Assembly (NCBI GenBank): GCA_965216325.1
Contig: OZ244160.1
Span: 864,001-928,000, forward strand
Direction of reading: 5' to 3'
Length of the DNA: 64,000 nt
Origin: Coraliomargarita sp.
GTDB taxonomy: Bacteria > Verrucomicrobiota > Verrucomicrobiia > Opitutales > Coraliomargaritaceae
Of the stretch, positions 1-10,626 are shown piece after piece (position 1 is the stretch's first letter; every line of letters begins with the position of its first letter). The translations under genes and the position numbers were made by a program. The notes beneath the pieces were generated by a model. It saw only the letters and a list, made by a program, of their open reading frames with translations. It was not told the origin of the DNA and did not search any database.

Positions 1-213
1 GGCAATGTTGCCTGCAAACGGGACGATCAGGAGAAAGGGGAGGGCAAAGACGAGTCCGACACTCGCGAGGATACTGTTGGCTGCCTCGGCGTTATTCCAA
101 GCAATCAGTGCGTAAATAATGAGTAGCTTGAATAGGTTGTCGTTCATTGCGCCCCCGAATTGAGCGCAATTGTGCCACCAAAAGGTGCGCGGTAGTTGGG
201 TTGTGTGTGACAT
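1..213 (-). CDS. MFS transporter N-terminus, LplT/Aas-type (runs off the window start)
   Basis: Hand translation from ATG 213: MSHTTQLPRTFWWHNCAQFGGAMNDNLFKLLIIYALIAW...FALPFLLIVPFAGNIA. The QFxGAxNDNLFK and LPFLL motifs are typical of LplT-like MFS. Not in the ORF track. Confidence 0.75.
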   Translation of the reverse strand, partial: MSHTTQLPRTFWWHNCAQFGGAMNDNLFKLLIIYALIAWNNAEAANSILASVGLVFALPFLLIVPFAGNIA

Positions 214-243
214 GGTGCGTGAGTTCTGCTCTCAAAGTTGAGA

Positions 244-286
244 TGACAATATTATTGTCAAATTAATAATGGCAATAATGTTGTCA
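244..286. promoter_or_regulatory. Tandem palindromic operators, probable MarR binding sites
   Basis: TGACAAT-ATT-ATTGTCA (244-260, perfect) and TGGCAAT-AAT-GTTGTCA (270-286) lie between the divergent MFS and marR genes. Confidence 0.7.
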
Positions 287-316
287 TTTTAATGCCTTGT
301 CTTGATTATTCACTGC

Positions 317-757
317 ATGACGGATCCAAAATCCCACGAAGCCATGCATACTTTGGCAAATTCAGTTAGGCGACTCTATAACCGCCTACGGTTCACATCG
401 GATCAGCTCCATGCGGATTGTGGAGTCAGTGCCCCCAAGCGCACCTTGCTGATGGATTTGCACCGTTATGGTCCGCAAACGGTGCCAGCGTTGGCGGCGA
501 CCCGCTTCATCAGTCGTCAGATTACACAAACTCAGATCAATGAGCTGTTGAAGGCCGGTTATGTGCAAACTCGGGAGAATCCAGGGCACAAGCGCTCGAA
601 GCTGATTGAATTGACGGCTGCGGGGGCTGAATTTTTACAAGAGCTGAGTCGGCGCGAGCAGGCCTTTATGGCCGAGCAGGCGTGGCTACCGGATGCGGAG
701 CGGCTCGATGAATGTATTCAAGTGTTGGACGGGATCTACGAGCAGCTGGAAAAATGA
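317..757 (+). CDS. MarR family transcriptional regulator
   Basis: Winged-helix pattern with LLKAGYVQTRENPGHKRSKLIELTAAG. Confidence 0.9.
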   Translation: MTDPKSHEAMHTLANSVRRLYNRLRFTSDQLHADCGVSAPKRTLLMDLHRYGPQTVPALAATRFISRQITQTQINELLKAGYVQTRENPGHKRSKLIELTAAGAEFLQELSRREQAFMAEQAWLPDAERLDECIQVLDGIYEQLEK

Positions 758-920
758 GGCCTATTTGAGTGGTTGAGTAGGGGATCATCTAGCGCGTTAG
801 GTTGATCGCTCTACGGTTAGATCTTATGGCGATTTATGTCCCTATCATGTTGCCTTATAATGCTTTAGTGTGAGTAACGTTTCTTTGGCAAATGTGGGAA
901 AATAGGTTTATCTACCAGAC

Positions 921-1457
921 ATGAGGGGGATGGGGCGATCAGCGTTAGGTGAATCCGGTTTTGATCGGTTTCGTTTTGGTATGGCCAGCCCCTCCCAGGC
1001 ATCGGGGTGTTATGCTTTTGGTTTGGCAGAGGTGCTACCTCTGCTCATCCGTGTGTCCGACAAGAGTCATTTGAATGTTAATACCCTGTCGGACTGTCTG
1101 CTTGCTGAAATTATCAATGTTTGCGCGTGCACGCAGGTCGATTTGCGCCGGGAGGTGGAGCTCGAAGACTGTGTAGTCGTGTCCTTGAAAAAGAAGAGTC
1201 TGACGCTCTCGGGGATCAAGGCGTGTGGTCTGCGCGATCTGATCTTCTCGGCCTGTCTGTTCAGGACCTATGCGTATATGGGATCACCGGAGGAGTATAA
1301 TCTTGATGAGTTGATCTCTGAAAATTGGCTCATGCTCGCCGATGAATTGCCGCAATCTTTAAGCTATTCCGCCGCTGCAGATATCAATGAGCAGGTTCGT
1401 CTGCATCGTTCGCATCATGAGTTCGGTGAGGCGGACATTCATTTTCATGCAGCTTAG
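921..1457 (+). CDS. hypothetical protein (start uncertain, probably downstream of 921)
   Basis: Open frame followed by a terminator-like hairpin; no recognisable motif. Confidence 0.45.
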   Translation: MRGMGRSALGESGFDRFRFGMASPSQASGCYAFGLAEVLPLLIRVSDKSHLNVNTLSDCLLAEIINVCACTQVDLRREVELEDCVVVSLKKKSLTLSGIKACGLRDLIFSACLFRTYAYMGSPEEYNLDELISENWLMLADELPQSLSYSAAADINEQVRLHRSHHEFGEADIHFHAA

Positions 1458-1493
1458 TGGTTTGGGTGATTAGGGGATAATGAGATCAAGGGG

Positions 1494-1531
1494 GAAGCCC
1501 ATCTTCGCAGGGAGGTGGGCTTCTATTTTTT
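1494..1531 (+). terminator. intrinsic terminator
   Basis: GAAGCCCATCTT...GAGGTGGGCTTC followed by a T-run. Confidence 0.7.
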
Positions 1532-1799
1532 CTAGAAAATGTACGTAAGGCCTTGAGTGAACGAGCGTCGGAGAATTTTGCTCCCCAACGGATTAAACAT
1601 TGGAGATTTGCTGCGTTTCTATCGCCTGCGCATGAAGCGCGGAAAAATTAAAAAACTTTAGGCCTTGGTATTGCCAACATAGCGATGATTTAAATAGGCA
1701 AAGGAGTTAGTATATAAATCACCCAAGCAGCGCTTTTTCAGGGGGTAAGGAAACTGTCACAATGCCGTGACCTGATTGCTAAAAAATGTCTAAAAACTT

Positions 1800-2134
1800 A
1801 TTCCAATCCAATTGTGAATAACTTGTGGAGAAGTCGGGCTTGCAAAGCAGTTCTGAGTGTAGCTTTTTGGTTGTTCACAACCGAATTTCGTCTGTTTTAT
1901 ACAGATTCCATTGCACTAACTTTAACTCAAAACGCCTTATATCTTTCAACTTGATGGTTTCTTAACTCATTAACTATTAGTAGATAGCGAAGTTGTTCAC
2001 AATGTCTATACCCCTGGGATAGGGTGTTGGCTTCACTAATTTGTTCTTAACTAACCTTTTTTCTTTCCACTGCGTGCTCATCCTGTGTCGATTCTGTGAG
2101 ATACGCTGTGAATAAACCTTCTACTTCACACTCA
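1800..2134. promoter_or_regulatory. DnaA-box cluster, candidate oriC or dnaA autoregulatory region
   Basis: Box-like 9-mers TGTGAATAA (1813, 2107), TGTGGAGAA (1824), TTGTTCACA (1871, 1993) and AT-rich DNA directly upstream of dnaA. Confidence 0.65.
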
Positions 2135-3565
2135 ATGTCCGATTTATTGCCTGCTCTCTCGCTCTGGGAGAGTGTTGATCAAGAACTTAAAAACCTTTTC
2201 CCAGCCGACCAATATGAATTGTGGTTTGATGGCTTGGTTTGCGTGAAAGAAAGCGACAGCAAGATCGTGCTTGCTGCGAAGAGTGATTTTAACGCAATTT
2301 GGATCGAGAATAACTATCTCGACGTGATCGCTCAACAAGCGCGAGCATTTGCCGGTGCGCCGGTGAAGATTTCGATTACAGTTGTCGAGCCTGAAGCGGA
2401 AGAATCAACCGCAGAGTCTAGTTCAAATGCCTTCAATCGTATGGCAGAGCCGGCGCTCAAGTTGGAAGATCGTGTTGCCCAACAGGATGCTGAGAACCGC
2501 CGTATCGAGGAAGAGATCAAGGTTAAGGCACGTCGCACCTTGCTCAACCCGCGCAACACCTTCGAGAATTTCGTTGTCGGCTCGGGTAACCAGCTGGCAC
2601 ATGCCGCGAGTATCGCGGTAGCCAATGCTCCGGGCCGTGCGTATAACCCGCTTTTTGTCTATGGTGAGACCGGTCTGGGGAAGACTCACTTGATGCATGC
2701 CGTTGCGCACCAGATGCTTGTGAGTAATCCGAAGGCGCGTATTGCCTACGTCTCCACGGAAAAATTCACCAATGAGTTCATTAACGCGATCCGTGAGAAC
2801 AAGTTGGCGAAATTCCGCAAATACTACCGCACTGTGGATGCCCTGTTAGTTGACGACATTCACTTCCTGTCTGGCAAGGAGAGCACCCAGGAAGAATTCT
2901 TCCACACCTTTAACGATCTCTTTGAGTCCGGTCGCCAAATCTTCTTGGCAAGTGACCGTCCAGCCAACGAGATTGAGCGTCTGGAAGATCGCCTGATTTC
3001 CCGCTTCCAGTGGGGCATGGTGACTGACATTCAAGCGCCTGACTTCGAGACTCGTGTGGCGATCCTGCGTAAGAAGGCGGATGCGATGAACATCGTGCTC
3101 GAAGACGCGGTCATGGAGTTTTTGGCTGAGCGCGTTTCCCGCAATGTTCGTCGTATGGAAGGTGCGTTGACTCGTATCGCGAGCTTCAATTCCTTGACCG
3201 ACCGCACTCTGGATCTTGCAGCCGTTGAGCGTTTGCTCAGTGACTTACTCCAAGAAGAGGCCGCGACTAAGGTCACGATCGAGCAGATTCAGAAGCGTGT
3301 TTCGGACTACTACAAGATTCGCTTTAGCGAGCTGGTTGGACGTCGCCGCACCAGTGCGATTGTATTCCCGCGCCAAGTTGCCATGTATATCGCGCGTACC
3401 TTGACCAGCGACCCGTTGAAGAGCATCGGCGAAGCGTTCGGTGGTCGTGACCACGGCACTGTGATCCACGCCTGCAAGCAGGTCGAGAACATGATGGATC
3501 AAGACGGTAACGTGAAGCGTGTGGTGGACTACCTGATCAAGCAAGTTTCGCAAAAGCGGGGTTAA
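2135..3565 (+). CDS. dnaA: chromosomal replication initiator DnaA
   Basis: [46 protein letters not shown]. Confidence 0.98.
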   Translation: MSDLLPALSLWESVDQELKNLFPADQYELWFDGLVCVKESDSKIVLAAKSDFNAIWIENNYLDVIAQQARAFAGAPVKISITVVEPEAEESTAESSSNAFNRMAEPALKLEDRVAQQDAENRRIEEEIKVKARRTLLNPRNTFENFVVGSGNQLAHAASIAVANAPGRAYNPLFVYGETGLGKTHLMHAVAHQMLVSNPKARIAYVSTEKFTNEFINAIRENKLAKFRKYYRTVDALLVDDIHFLSGKESTQEEFFHTFNDLFESGRQIFLASDRPANEIERLEDRLISRFQWGMVTDIQAPDFETRVAILRKKADAMNIVLEDAVMEFLAERVSRNVRRMEGALTRIASFNSLTDRTLDLAAVERLLSDLLQEEAATKVTIEQIQKRVSDYYKIRFSELVGRRRTSAIVFPRQVAMYIARTLTSDPLKSIGEAFGGRDHGTVIHACKQVENMMDQDGNVKRVVDYLIKQVSQKRG

Positions 3566-3630
3566 GTTCTCCGTTTTCTCTACCTGCGCACTTGAATTCG
3601 TCGCCAGTTCGGACGACTGTAGCGTTTCGC

Positions 3631-4776
3631 ATGTCTGAAACGCAGTCTGAGATACGCAATTGGCACGATTGGACGCACCCTGACTTCTTTATGGAGGAAC
3701 GGCAGCGTGAAGCACGCTTCCTTCCTCTCTTTATGCGGCAGATCATGCCGGGGAGCATGCGTCGGACTCGATTGACGCTGATTGGTTGGATTCTGATCCT
3801 TGTTGCGATGGGAATCGGCTCGGCTGCGTATAATGCGTCGAGTAATATTCTGTTTATGACGCTCTCACTGGTTCTGAGTAGTCTGGTGCTCAGTGGAATG
3901 CTGTCTTTGATCAACTTTCGTAAGCTGGACTGGAAATTGAAACCACCTCGCCACCTTCGTGCAGGGGAGCCCAGCGTCTTAGAGGTCGAACTGCACAACC
4001 GTAAGGAGTTGCTTCCAGCCATTTGCATGCGTTTCAATGTTGCGGCGGATGACGCAGGAGAGGGCAGTCTATATCTTCACCCTGGCTTAGCGCCGGGTTC
4101 GAGGTGCACTTTGGAGTGGAATTTTGTTCCGCAGCGACGTGGCGTCTGTGAATTGTCGCTCTCTGGGGCGGAATCACAGTTCCCTTTTGGTTTTTTGAGC
4201 CGAACCGTAGGCGAGCGGCAATCCGAGTCGGTTTTGGTTTGGCCGGGGAGGGTCGAGTATTCTTTTGAACCAGCTGCGGGTGGAATGCGTTTTTTGAGTG
4301 GCGCAGGGCGTCGTAATCCCGGCGTTGGGAGTGATTTACTCAATCTCCGTCCATATCAGAAGGGAGATGCACCGCGCTTAGTTCACTGGAAGGCGTCGGC
4401 CCGTACAGGAAAGCTTATGGTCCGCCAATTGGCTCAAGAAAGTGAGGCTGGATTTACGCTTCTCGTAGATCCAACAATTGCGGTGCGCGGTGCGGAGCAA
4501 TTCGATCGTTTTTGTGCTTTGGTTAGTTCCTTGGCGGAAGACCTCTATCATGCTGGCCGTCTAGAGGGCGTATATATTGGTAATGAAACCATCCTCAAGG
4601 TGAGTGCGGTTCGTGATCTATACGAGGTGTTTGACCATATGGCATCTCTGGAGCATGGGGTTGGGAAGAGTCCGATGTTTTTGGGCAGTGCATCATCTGC
4701 AGTGCGCTTTAGAATGATTGGAGAGGAGGTCGCGCTTTATGTCGGCGATGAGCAGGCAGGCCAAACTTACGCTTGA
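3631..4776 (+). CDS. DUF58 domain protein with N-terminal TM hairpin
   Basis: LRPYQKGDAPRLVHWKASARTGKLMVR motif; SQFPFG. Confidence 0.9.
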   Translation: MSETQSEIRNWHDWTHPDFFMEERQREARFLPLFMRQIMPGSMRRTRLTLIGWILILVAMGIGSAAYNASSNILFMTLSLVLSSLVLSGMLSLINFRKLDWKLKPPRHLRAGEPSVLEVELHNRKELLPAICMRFNVAADDAGEGSLYLHPGLAPGSRCTLEWNFVPQRRGVCELSLSGAESQFPFGFLSRTVGERQSESVLVWPGRVEYSFEPAAGGMRFLSGAGRRNPGVGSDLLNLRPYQKGDAPRLVHWKASARTGKLMVRQLAQESEAGFTLLVDPTIAVRGAEQFDRFCALVSSLAEDLYHAGRLEGVYIGNETILKVSAVRDLYEVFDHMASLEHGVGKSPMFLGSASSAVRFRMIGEEVALYVGDEQAGQTYA

Positions 4777-6952
4777 GGAGTTACATGAGCTGAAGTGGTT
4801 CGTGGGCAATGTGCTGTCTTTGCTGGCACTTTGGGCACTGTCATTACTGGATTTCAGTGGTGGCCCCATGCTGCTATTTGGTGGCTGTTTGGTAGTTGCC
4901 GCGCTGTTAGTGCCGAAGTGGCTGTCTCTGATTCCGCCTTGGGTGAAGAAGTTCGTTGCACCACTGATTCTGCTTTTCGTGCTGATAGATTTTGCGCTCA
5001 ACCTACCGAACTTTTTACCGCCATTGGCTAGAATGGTTACTTTGCTGCTACTATACAGAAGTCTAACTACACGCCGGCGTCGAGAGGACCTACAGTTATT
5101 ACTACTTTCGCTCTTCTGTTTGGTGATTTCGGGCGCACTGACGATTTCGCTGCTCTTTGCGTTTCAGATTCTTGTATTTGCTCCGCTTGCTATGGCGCTC
5201 CTATTTGTCATCTGTCTTTTGGATCGTGGTCAAGAGAGCCGCACCTACATCATTGATTGGAAAAGTGTGGGATGGACACGCCTCATCCGCCGCGTCTGGC
5301 ATGCTTTGGACTTCCGTCTGCTGGTGCTGGGGAGCTCCCTTTTCTTGGGCATGGTTGCTGTATCCTCGCTGCTGTTTGTGATGTTGCCGCGCTTCAATTT
5401 TGAGCAGGCGATACCCTTTCTTCAAATTGAGGGACGTTCACGAGTTGGTTTCAGTGGACAGGTTCATTTAGGTGCAGTTACTGATATTCGTCAGGACAAT
5501 GGTGTCGCCTTGCGTGTGGATGTTCCTTCGCGAGATGCTGTGACGGGTTCACCCTATTGGCGCATGATGGTGCTGGATGCCTACTCAAATGGCCACTTTC
5601 GGATGTCTCCAACACTAGAGAACCTGCAAAGTGAATTCCGGACGAATCAGCAAATTCGTGAGATTTACGGTTGGGGCGCGTGGAGCCCTGAAATCCCGAA
5701 CGACAAGTGGACCTTTTATCTTGAGGGGGGAGTGAGTCAGTATCTACCTGTGCCAGGCTCTTTTACCCGCATGCGTTTTCAGTCGCCTCAGGATGTCGAG
5801 TGGCTGCCGGACTTGAAGCTCTATGCGACCAATACTGTCAAACAGAGCGTGTTTTTTTATCAATTGGAGAATCTGGTGATGCGGAATCAGTTTCCCGCTT
5901 CTGACTTGGAGATCGAAACGTTCAAGTCGATGAATGAGCCGGTGTTCACCGGTCAGCAGTTGTATCCTCAAACTTTGCTAACCCTGACGATGAATGAAGC
6001 GGAACGTGCTGTTTTAAGTCAAATCAACGAGGGCTTGAAGGCCAAGCTTTCAGATCTCAATGCAGTTTCGTTTAGTCAGGCTGCGACTGACTTTTTGCGA
6101 CTTGGTTACAGTTATTCGATGCAGTCGTCACTTCCTGAAACTAAAGTAGACCCTGTGATTACTTGGTTGAGCGAGGGAACACGTGGACACTGCGAGTATT
6201 TCGCGACTGCATTTATCTTGCTTGCCCGAGAGGCAGGGTTTCCGGCGCGTATGGTGGTGGGCTTTGCCGGAGGTTCGTGGAATTCCGTCGAAGAATACTT
6301 CGTTGTGCGTAACAACTCCGCGCACGCGTGGGCGGAGATCTATGACGCCCGCACCGAGCAATGGTTACGTGTGGACCCAACTCCAGGAGGTGCTCCAGTG
6401 GTGGGGGATCAATCTGTCTTTCGGCAAACCGAGCTGCTCGTCGAGACGGGGATGCTGGCTTGGGTGGATAGTCTGCGTATCCAGTGGTATCGACGTATCG
6501 TGGACTTTGATCAGGACGATCAGGTGCAGATCGCCATCTCGATCAAGGAGGTGGCCGAAGAGTTTTATAAGGCTGGATCCGAGAAGTTTAAATTTTGGCT
6601 CAGTATTCTGAAGGAAACGGTGACGGAGCCATTCAGCGCGAGGGCCATGCTTCGTGGCGGCGTGATCTTTGGAATGGTGCTTGGGCTCTATGCAATCTGG
6701 TGGTCGCGCTATGCTTGGCTGAATCTTTGGCATCAGCTGCGCCGCAAACCCAAAATGCTGTCCCCGGTGCGTCAGCAGGCTGGGCGCTATCTGGTTAAAA
6801 TCAGAGCACGCTCGGAGCGCAGTGATTTATCCGACGGCCTCGCTTCGATTCGCTACCGCTTGGAGGCGATACGCTTTGGGCCCGATGTGAACCAAAGTGC
6901 TGCCAAGGCCGCCTTTCGTGAGGCAAGACGTGTCTTGCGTAAGCGCGCTTAA
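4748..6952 (+). CDS. membrane transglutaminase-like protein (DUF3488/TgpA-like)
   Basis: Multi-TM N-terminus; [15 protein letters not shown] and WLRVDPTP give the Cys-His-Asp triad. Confidence 0.9.
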   Translation: MSRQAKLTLEELHELKWFVGNVLSLLALWALSLLDFSGGPMLLFGGCLVVAALLVPKWLSLIPPWVKKFVAPLILLFVLIDFALNLPNFLPPLARMVTLLLLYRSLTTRRRREDLQLLLLSLFCLVISGALTISLLFAFQILVFAPLAMALLFVICLLDRGQESRTYIIDWKSVGWTRLIRRVWHALDFRLLVLGSSLFLGMVAVSSLLFVMLPRFNFEQAIPFLQIEGRSRVGFSGQVHLGAVTDIRQDNGVALRVDVPSRDAVTGSPYWRMMVLDAYSNGHFRMSPTLENLQSEFRTNQQIREIYGWGAWSPEIPNDKWTFYLEGGVSQYLPVPGSFTRMRFQSPQDVEWLPDLKLYATNTVKQSVFFYQLENLVMRNQFPASDLEIETFKSMNEPVFTGQQLYPQTLLTLTMNEAERAVLSQINEGLKAKLSDLNAVSFSQAATDFLRLGYSYSMQSSLPETKVDPVITWLSEGTRGHCEYFATAFILLAREAGFPARMVVGFAGGSWNSVEEYFVVRNNSAHAWAEIYDARTEQWLRVDPTPGGAPVVGDQSVFRQTELLVETGMLAWVDSLRIQWYRRIVDFDQDDQVQIAISIKEVAEEFYKAGSEKFKFWLSILKETVTEPFSARAMLRGGVIFGMVLGLYAIWWSRYAWLNLWHQLRRKPKMLSPVRQQAGRYLVKIRARSERSDLSDGLASIRYRLEAIRFGPDVNQSAAKAAFREARRVLRKRA

Positions 6953-7404
6953 GGACGTTCGAGTCGGATCTGGTGCAGGTGCTGGTTGTCGGCCGAAACG
7001 ATGTTCAAGTGCAAGTGCCATGCATGAGGGGGAATGCTGTCTTCGATCCGTTCGGGCCATTCGACTGCGAAGCACCATGGCTCCTTGAGGAAGTCGTCAA
7101 TCATGAGCGCATCGAGATCCGATCCGGAGTTGAGCCGATATGCATCCAGATGCACCAACTGTCGGCTGCCTTCGTAGAGCGTATATAAATTAAAGGTGGG
7201 GCTGGTGACGGGTTCGGTAATGTCCCAGGCGCGGGCGAGTCCACGGATGAAGGTCGTCTTGCCGGCACCCAGATCACCGTGTAGCGCCAGCACATGATTT
7301 TTCGGCACCATGGCAGCCAGTTCAGCTGCCAATGCCTCCGTCGCCTCCGCGGTTTCTGTCAGCACGCCTGCCGACAGGCGCTCTAAGATGTCCGTGCTAC
7401 TCAT
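6949..7404 (-). CDS. tsaE: tRNA t6A biosynthesis ATPase TsaE
   Basis: [27 protein letters not shown]. Confidence 0.95.
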   Translation of the reverse strand: MSSTDILERLSAGVLTETAEATEALAAELAAMVPKNHVLALHGDLGAGKTTFIRGLARAWDITEPVTSPTFNLYTLYEGSRQLVHLDAYRLNSGSDLDALMIDDFLKEPWCFAVEWPERIEDSIPPHAWHLHLNIVSADNQHLHQIRLERP

Positions 7405-8371
7405 TGCTGCTTAAATGCTCAAAGCCTTGTTGCCATTCAAGCGCTGTTTTGGTCGTGGCATCAATCATGCGTCCCTGGCTGTCTGATTCTATAATCATGC
7501 CGATGCAGGTAAGTTCAAGCGCTGGGAAGTGTTGCTGCCAGGTAGCTTCAAATACAGCGGCCGCGTTTGCGTCGACACTGAGGAGTAGTTCGTAGTCCTC
7601 ACCGTCGCAAATGGCGTGTTGCTCGGGGGACTGTCCGCTTTGTGCGGACAGCGTGTGCGCATCCTCCGAAATCGGTAGCTGATGGACTTCGATCAGTGCT
7701 GAGCTGTCTTTCGGCAGCAGTGCAGGGAGGTCTTTACCGAGGCCGTCGGTTAGGTCCATCAGTGCGGTGCAGGCGGACTGCGCGGCGATCCACTGTCCTT
7801 CCGCTAGTCGTGGGGTGAAGGCATAGTGCTTTTGGAGAATGCTGCCGCCGAGCCTGCCGGTTACATAGAGCAGGTCGCCTACCTTGGCCGACTTTCTTAG
7901 CTTTGGATGCTCTGTTTGACCGACGAGTGTGAGCACGGACGAGAAGTTGCCATGGGGCAGTGAACTGATGTCGCCGCCGACTATCTGGAGCGAATAGTCG
8001 AGGCAGCTCTCGCGAATACCAGTAAAGAAGTCCTGTAACCATTCAATGGATACATCCGGGCTGCATAGTAGTGCGAGCACCGCATGACCGGGAGTGCCAC
8101 CCATCGCTGCGATGTCGCTGAGGTTGCGCTTGATTAATTTGGCCCCGGCATCTTTGGCACCGACCTTGGTATCGACGTGTTGCCCATAGGTGAGGCTGTC
8201 GACGGTAATGATCTGTCGGCTGGAGCCGGGTTCCACGACCGCGCAGTCGTCACCCATGCCGTGCGGGTAGGGGGGACTCACCTCGCCGAGCCATTCACGG
8301 ATTTGCTCAATCAGCTTGGTCTCTCCAAGCGAGGCAACTTGTGCCTTAGGCTGTTTGGTAAAGATAGACAC
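7397..8371 (-). CDS. thiL: thiamine-monophosphate kinase
   Basis: [30 protein letters not shown]. Confidence 0.93.
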   Translation of the reverse strand: MSIFTKQPKAQVASLGETKLIEQIREWLGEVSPPYPHGMGDDCAVVEPGSSRQIITVDSLTYGQHVDTKVGAKDAGAKLIKRNLSDIAAMGGTPGHAVLALLCSPDVSIEWLQDFFTGIRESCLDYSLQIVGGDISSLPHGNFSSVLTLVGQTEHPKLRKSAKVGDLLYVTGRLGGSILQKHYAFTPRLAEGQWIAAQSACTALMDLTDGLGKDLPALLPKDSSALIEVHQLPISEDAHTLSAQSGQSPEQHAICDGEDYELLLSVDANAAAVFEATWQQHFPALELTCIGMIIESDSQGRMIDATTKTALEWQQGFEHLSSNE

Positions 8372-8381
8372 GTCTAAGTTT

Positions 8382-8454
8382 GTAGGGGCGTTGTTTGATA
8401 CGCCCGCAGTGAATACGGCTCTCTTGGGGCGGGCTCCGCAAGCGAAGCCCCTAC
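8382..8454. repeat. REP doublet, GTAGGG family
   Basis: GTAGGGGCG..CGCCC ... GGGCTCCGCAAGCGAAGCCCCTAC; relatives at 13144, 15781, 22411, 24916, 51895. Confidence 0.85.
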
Positions 8455-8471
8455 GTTTGCCAGTTTAGCAA

Positions 8472-9260
8472 TCATTTCAATTCTAGTCCGACCGGGCAGT
8501 GGTCGGAGCCTTCGACTTGATCGAGGATGGTGGCCTCCTGGATCGAGGCTTTGAGTGAATCGGAAACGCAGAAGTAGTCGATGCGCCATCCGATGTTGCG
8601 TTTGCGGGCTGCGGCGCGATAGGACCACCAGCTGTAGCGTGCGGTGGTGTCGGGATAGAGGTGACGGAAGCTATCCACGAAGCCGGCCTCGACTATGGCG
8701 TCGAAGCGGCCGCGCTCTTCATCGGTGAAACCGGCATTCTTGCGATTGGTTTTCGGGTTCGCGAGATCAATTTCGGTGTGCGCGACATTCAGATCGCCAC
8801 AGAAAATCACGGGCTTGGTTGCTTCGAGTGCTTTGACATGGGCGAGGAAGTCGACGTCCCACTCCTGCGTGCGGTAGTCGAGACGACGGGGGCGCTTGTT
8901 TTCGTCGTGATTCTGTGAGTTTGGCGTATACACCGTCACCAGAAAATAGTCTTCAAACTCCGCAGTGATAACGCGGCCTTCTTGGTCGTGCTTTTCAATG
9001 CCGAGCCCGTAAGTGACCGACAATGGAGCGGTCTTACTCAGGATCGCAGTTCCGGAGTAGCCTTTCTTCTCCGCGCAGTTCCAATACAGGTGCGGGTAGC
9101 CGGCGAAGGCAAATTGCTCCACGAGATCGGCGGAGATTTTGGTTTCCTGTAAGCAGAGCACGTCGGGTTGCTCAGTTGCGAGGAAATCGTCGAAGCCCTT
9201 TTTCAAGACGGCACGTAGGCCATTAACGTTCCAGGAGAGTAGCTTGGCTGGAGAAGACAT
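8472..9260 (-). CDS. xth: exodeoxyribonuclease III
   Basis: SWNVNG, LQETK, GDLNVAH, GWRIDY, GSDHCP. Confidence 0.97.
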   Translation of the reverse strand: MSSPAKLLSWNVNGLRAVLKKGFDDFLATEQPDVLCLQETKISADLVEQFAFAGYPHLYWNCAEKKGYSGTAILSKTAPLSVTYGLGIEKHDQEGRVITAEFEDYFLVTVYTPNSQNHDENKRPRRLDYRTQEWDVDFLAHVKALEATKPVIFCGDLNVAHTEIDLANPKTNRKNAGFTDEERGRFDAIVEAGFVDSFRHLYPDTTARYSWWSYRAAARKRNIGWRIDYFCVSDSLKASIQEATILDQVEGSDHCPVGLELK

Positions 9261-9350
9261 TGAGTTGTTTGTTGAGAGTTGTTGGTTGTTAGTTGTTGGT
9301 TGAGGGAAAGCTTCTAGTTCAGCTCAGAACGTTCAACCGACAACAAACAA

Positions 9351-10421
9351 CTACCTGTAGAAGCCGCCGCCGAGGAGCGTTTGCCCATCGTAGAGCGCGA
9401 GGATCTGGCCGGAGGCGAGGGCGCGTTGTGGTTCGTCGAACACGACCTTGGCGCTGTCAGGGCCAGTGGGCGTATACGTGATCGCTTGTGAGTCGTCGCG
9501 GTAGCGTGGCTTGGCGAGGATGCGACAGGGGGCGGTCACGGGCTTATTGACGAAGCTCAGGCCATAGACATCGACCTCACTGGTAAACAGTCCCGGCGAG
9601 TCGGGCTTGTCAAAGGCCACGATCAAGTCGTTGCGCTCCATATTGAAGCCGACCACCACGTAGAATTCGTTGTCCGTGTTGGACGGCACGCCGATGCCGC
9701 GGCGCTGGCCTATGGTGTAGCGGTGCAGACCGCGGTGTTGGCCGAGCACTTTGCCCTCGGGGTTCACGATATTGCCGGGCTTGTCCTCGATGTAGTGCTC
9801 GAGGAAGCGGTTAATATTCATGTCGCCGAGGAAGCAGATGCCTTGACTGTCCTTTTTGGTCGCATTCGGCAGTGCATGCTTGGTCGCCAGTTCGCGGACC
9901 TCGGGTTTCTTCAGCTCACCGACGGGGAAGAGCGCCCGCTGGATTTGCTCCTGGCGCAGCAGGGCGAGGAAATAGGTTTGGTCCTTATTACTGTCGGCAC
10001 CCTCGATTAGATCGTAGCTGCCGTCGTCGTTGCTGCGCTTGCGCACGTAGTGGCCGGTTGCGATGCCGTCGAAGCCGTTCTTCAGGGCGTAGTCCTGGAA
10101 GATGCCGAACTTCATTTCGCGGTTGCACATCATGTCCGGGTTGGGCGTGATGCCATTTTTGTAGCCCTCGACCAGATACTCGACCACGTGCTCACTGTAT
10201 TCGTTCACCAAATTGACGATCTCGTAATCGATGCCCAAGTGGGCGGCGACCGCGCGTGAGTCCTCGATATCCTGCTGTGCGGGGCAGTCGGCGAGGGGGG
10301 CTTCTTCGTTCATCCAGGTGCGGATGTAGGCACCGGACACGTCGTAGCCCTGCTCCTTGAGCAGTAGCGCGGCGACTGCGCTGTCCACGCCGCCGGATAG
10401 GCCCACGAGTATTTTCTTCAT
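9351..10421 (-). CDS. mnmA: tRNA 2-thiouridylase MnmA
   Basis: SGGVDS, TPNPD..CN, ATGHY, KDQTYFL, DSQGICF. Confidence 0.97.
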   Translation of the reverse strand: MKKILVGLSGGVDSAVAALLLKEQGYDVSGAYIRTWMNEEAPLADCPAQQDIEDSRAVAAHLGIDYEIVNLVNEYSEHVVEYLVEGYKNGITPNPDMMCNREMKFGIFQDYALKNGFDGIATGHYVRKRSNDDGSYDLIEGADSNKDQTYFLALLRQEQIQRALFPVGELKKPEVRELATKHALPNATKKDSQGICFLGDMNINRFLEHYIEDKPGNIVNPEGKVLGQHRGLHRYTIGQRRGIGVPSNTDNEFYVVVGFNMERNDLIVAFDKPDSPGLFTSEVDVYGLSFVNKPVTAPCRILAKPRYRDDSQAITYTPTGPDSAKVVFDEPQRALASGQILALYDGQTLLGGGFYR

Positions 10422-10480
10422 TGCGGAGTCAAAACAGCTTGTTTGCCGCTCGTCAATGGGGATGTGGCCGCGGGCGCGAG

Positions 10481-10553
10481 GGAGGGCGGACACTCTTGTC
10501 CGTCACAGTGGATCTGGCTTCTCATCATGGCAGGACAAGAGTGTCCCGCCTCC
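10481..10553. repeat. GGAG-headed REP-like inverted pair
   Basis: GGAGGGCGGACACTCTTGTCC ... GGACAAGAGTGTCCCGCCTCC. Confidence 0.75.
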
Positions 10554-10626
10554 TTTTTGCAAATGTATCGCGCATTGCTTGATTGTGGCTTGTCATGTGC
10601 TGGTTGGCGGTATCAATAACTTAGCT

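Noticed and set aside
10357..10626. N-terminal extensions of the GH13 and MnmA ORFs
   Set aside because: They overlap each other and a REP-like inverted repeat; starts reassigned to 10627 and 10421
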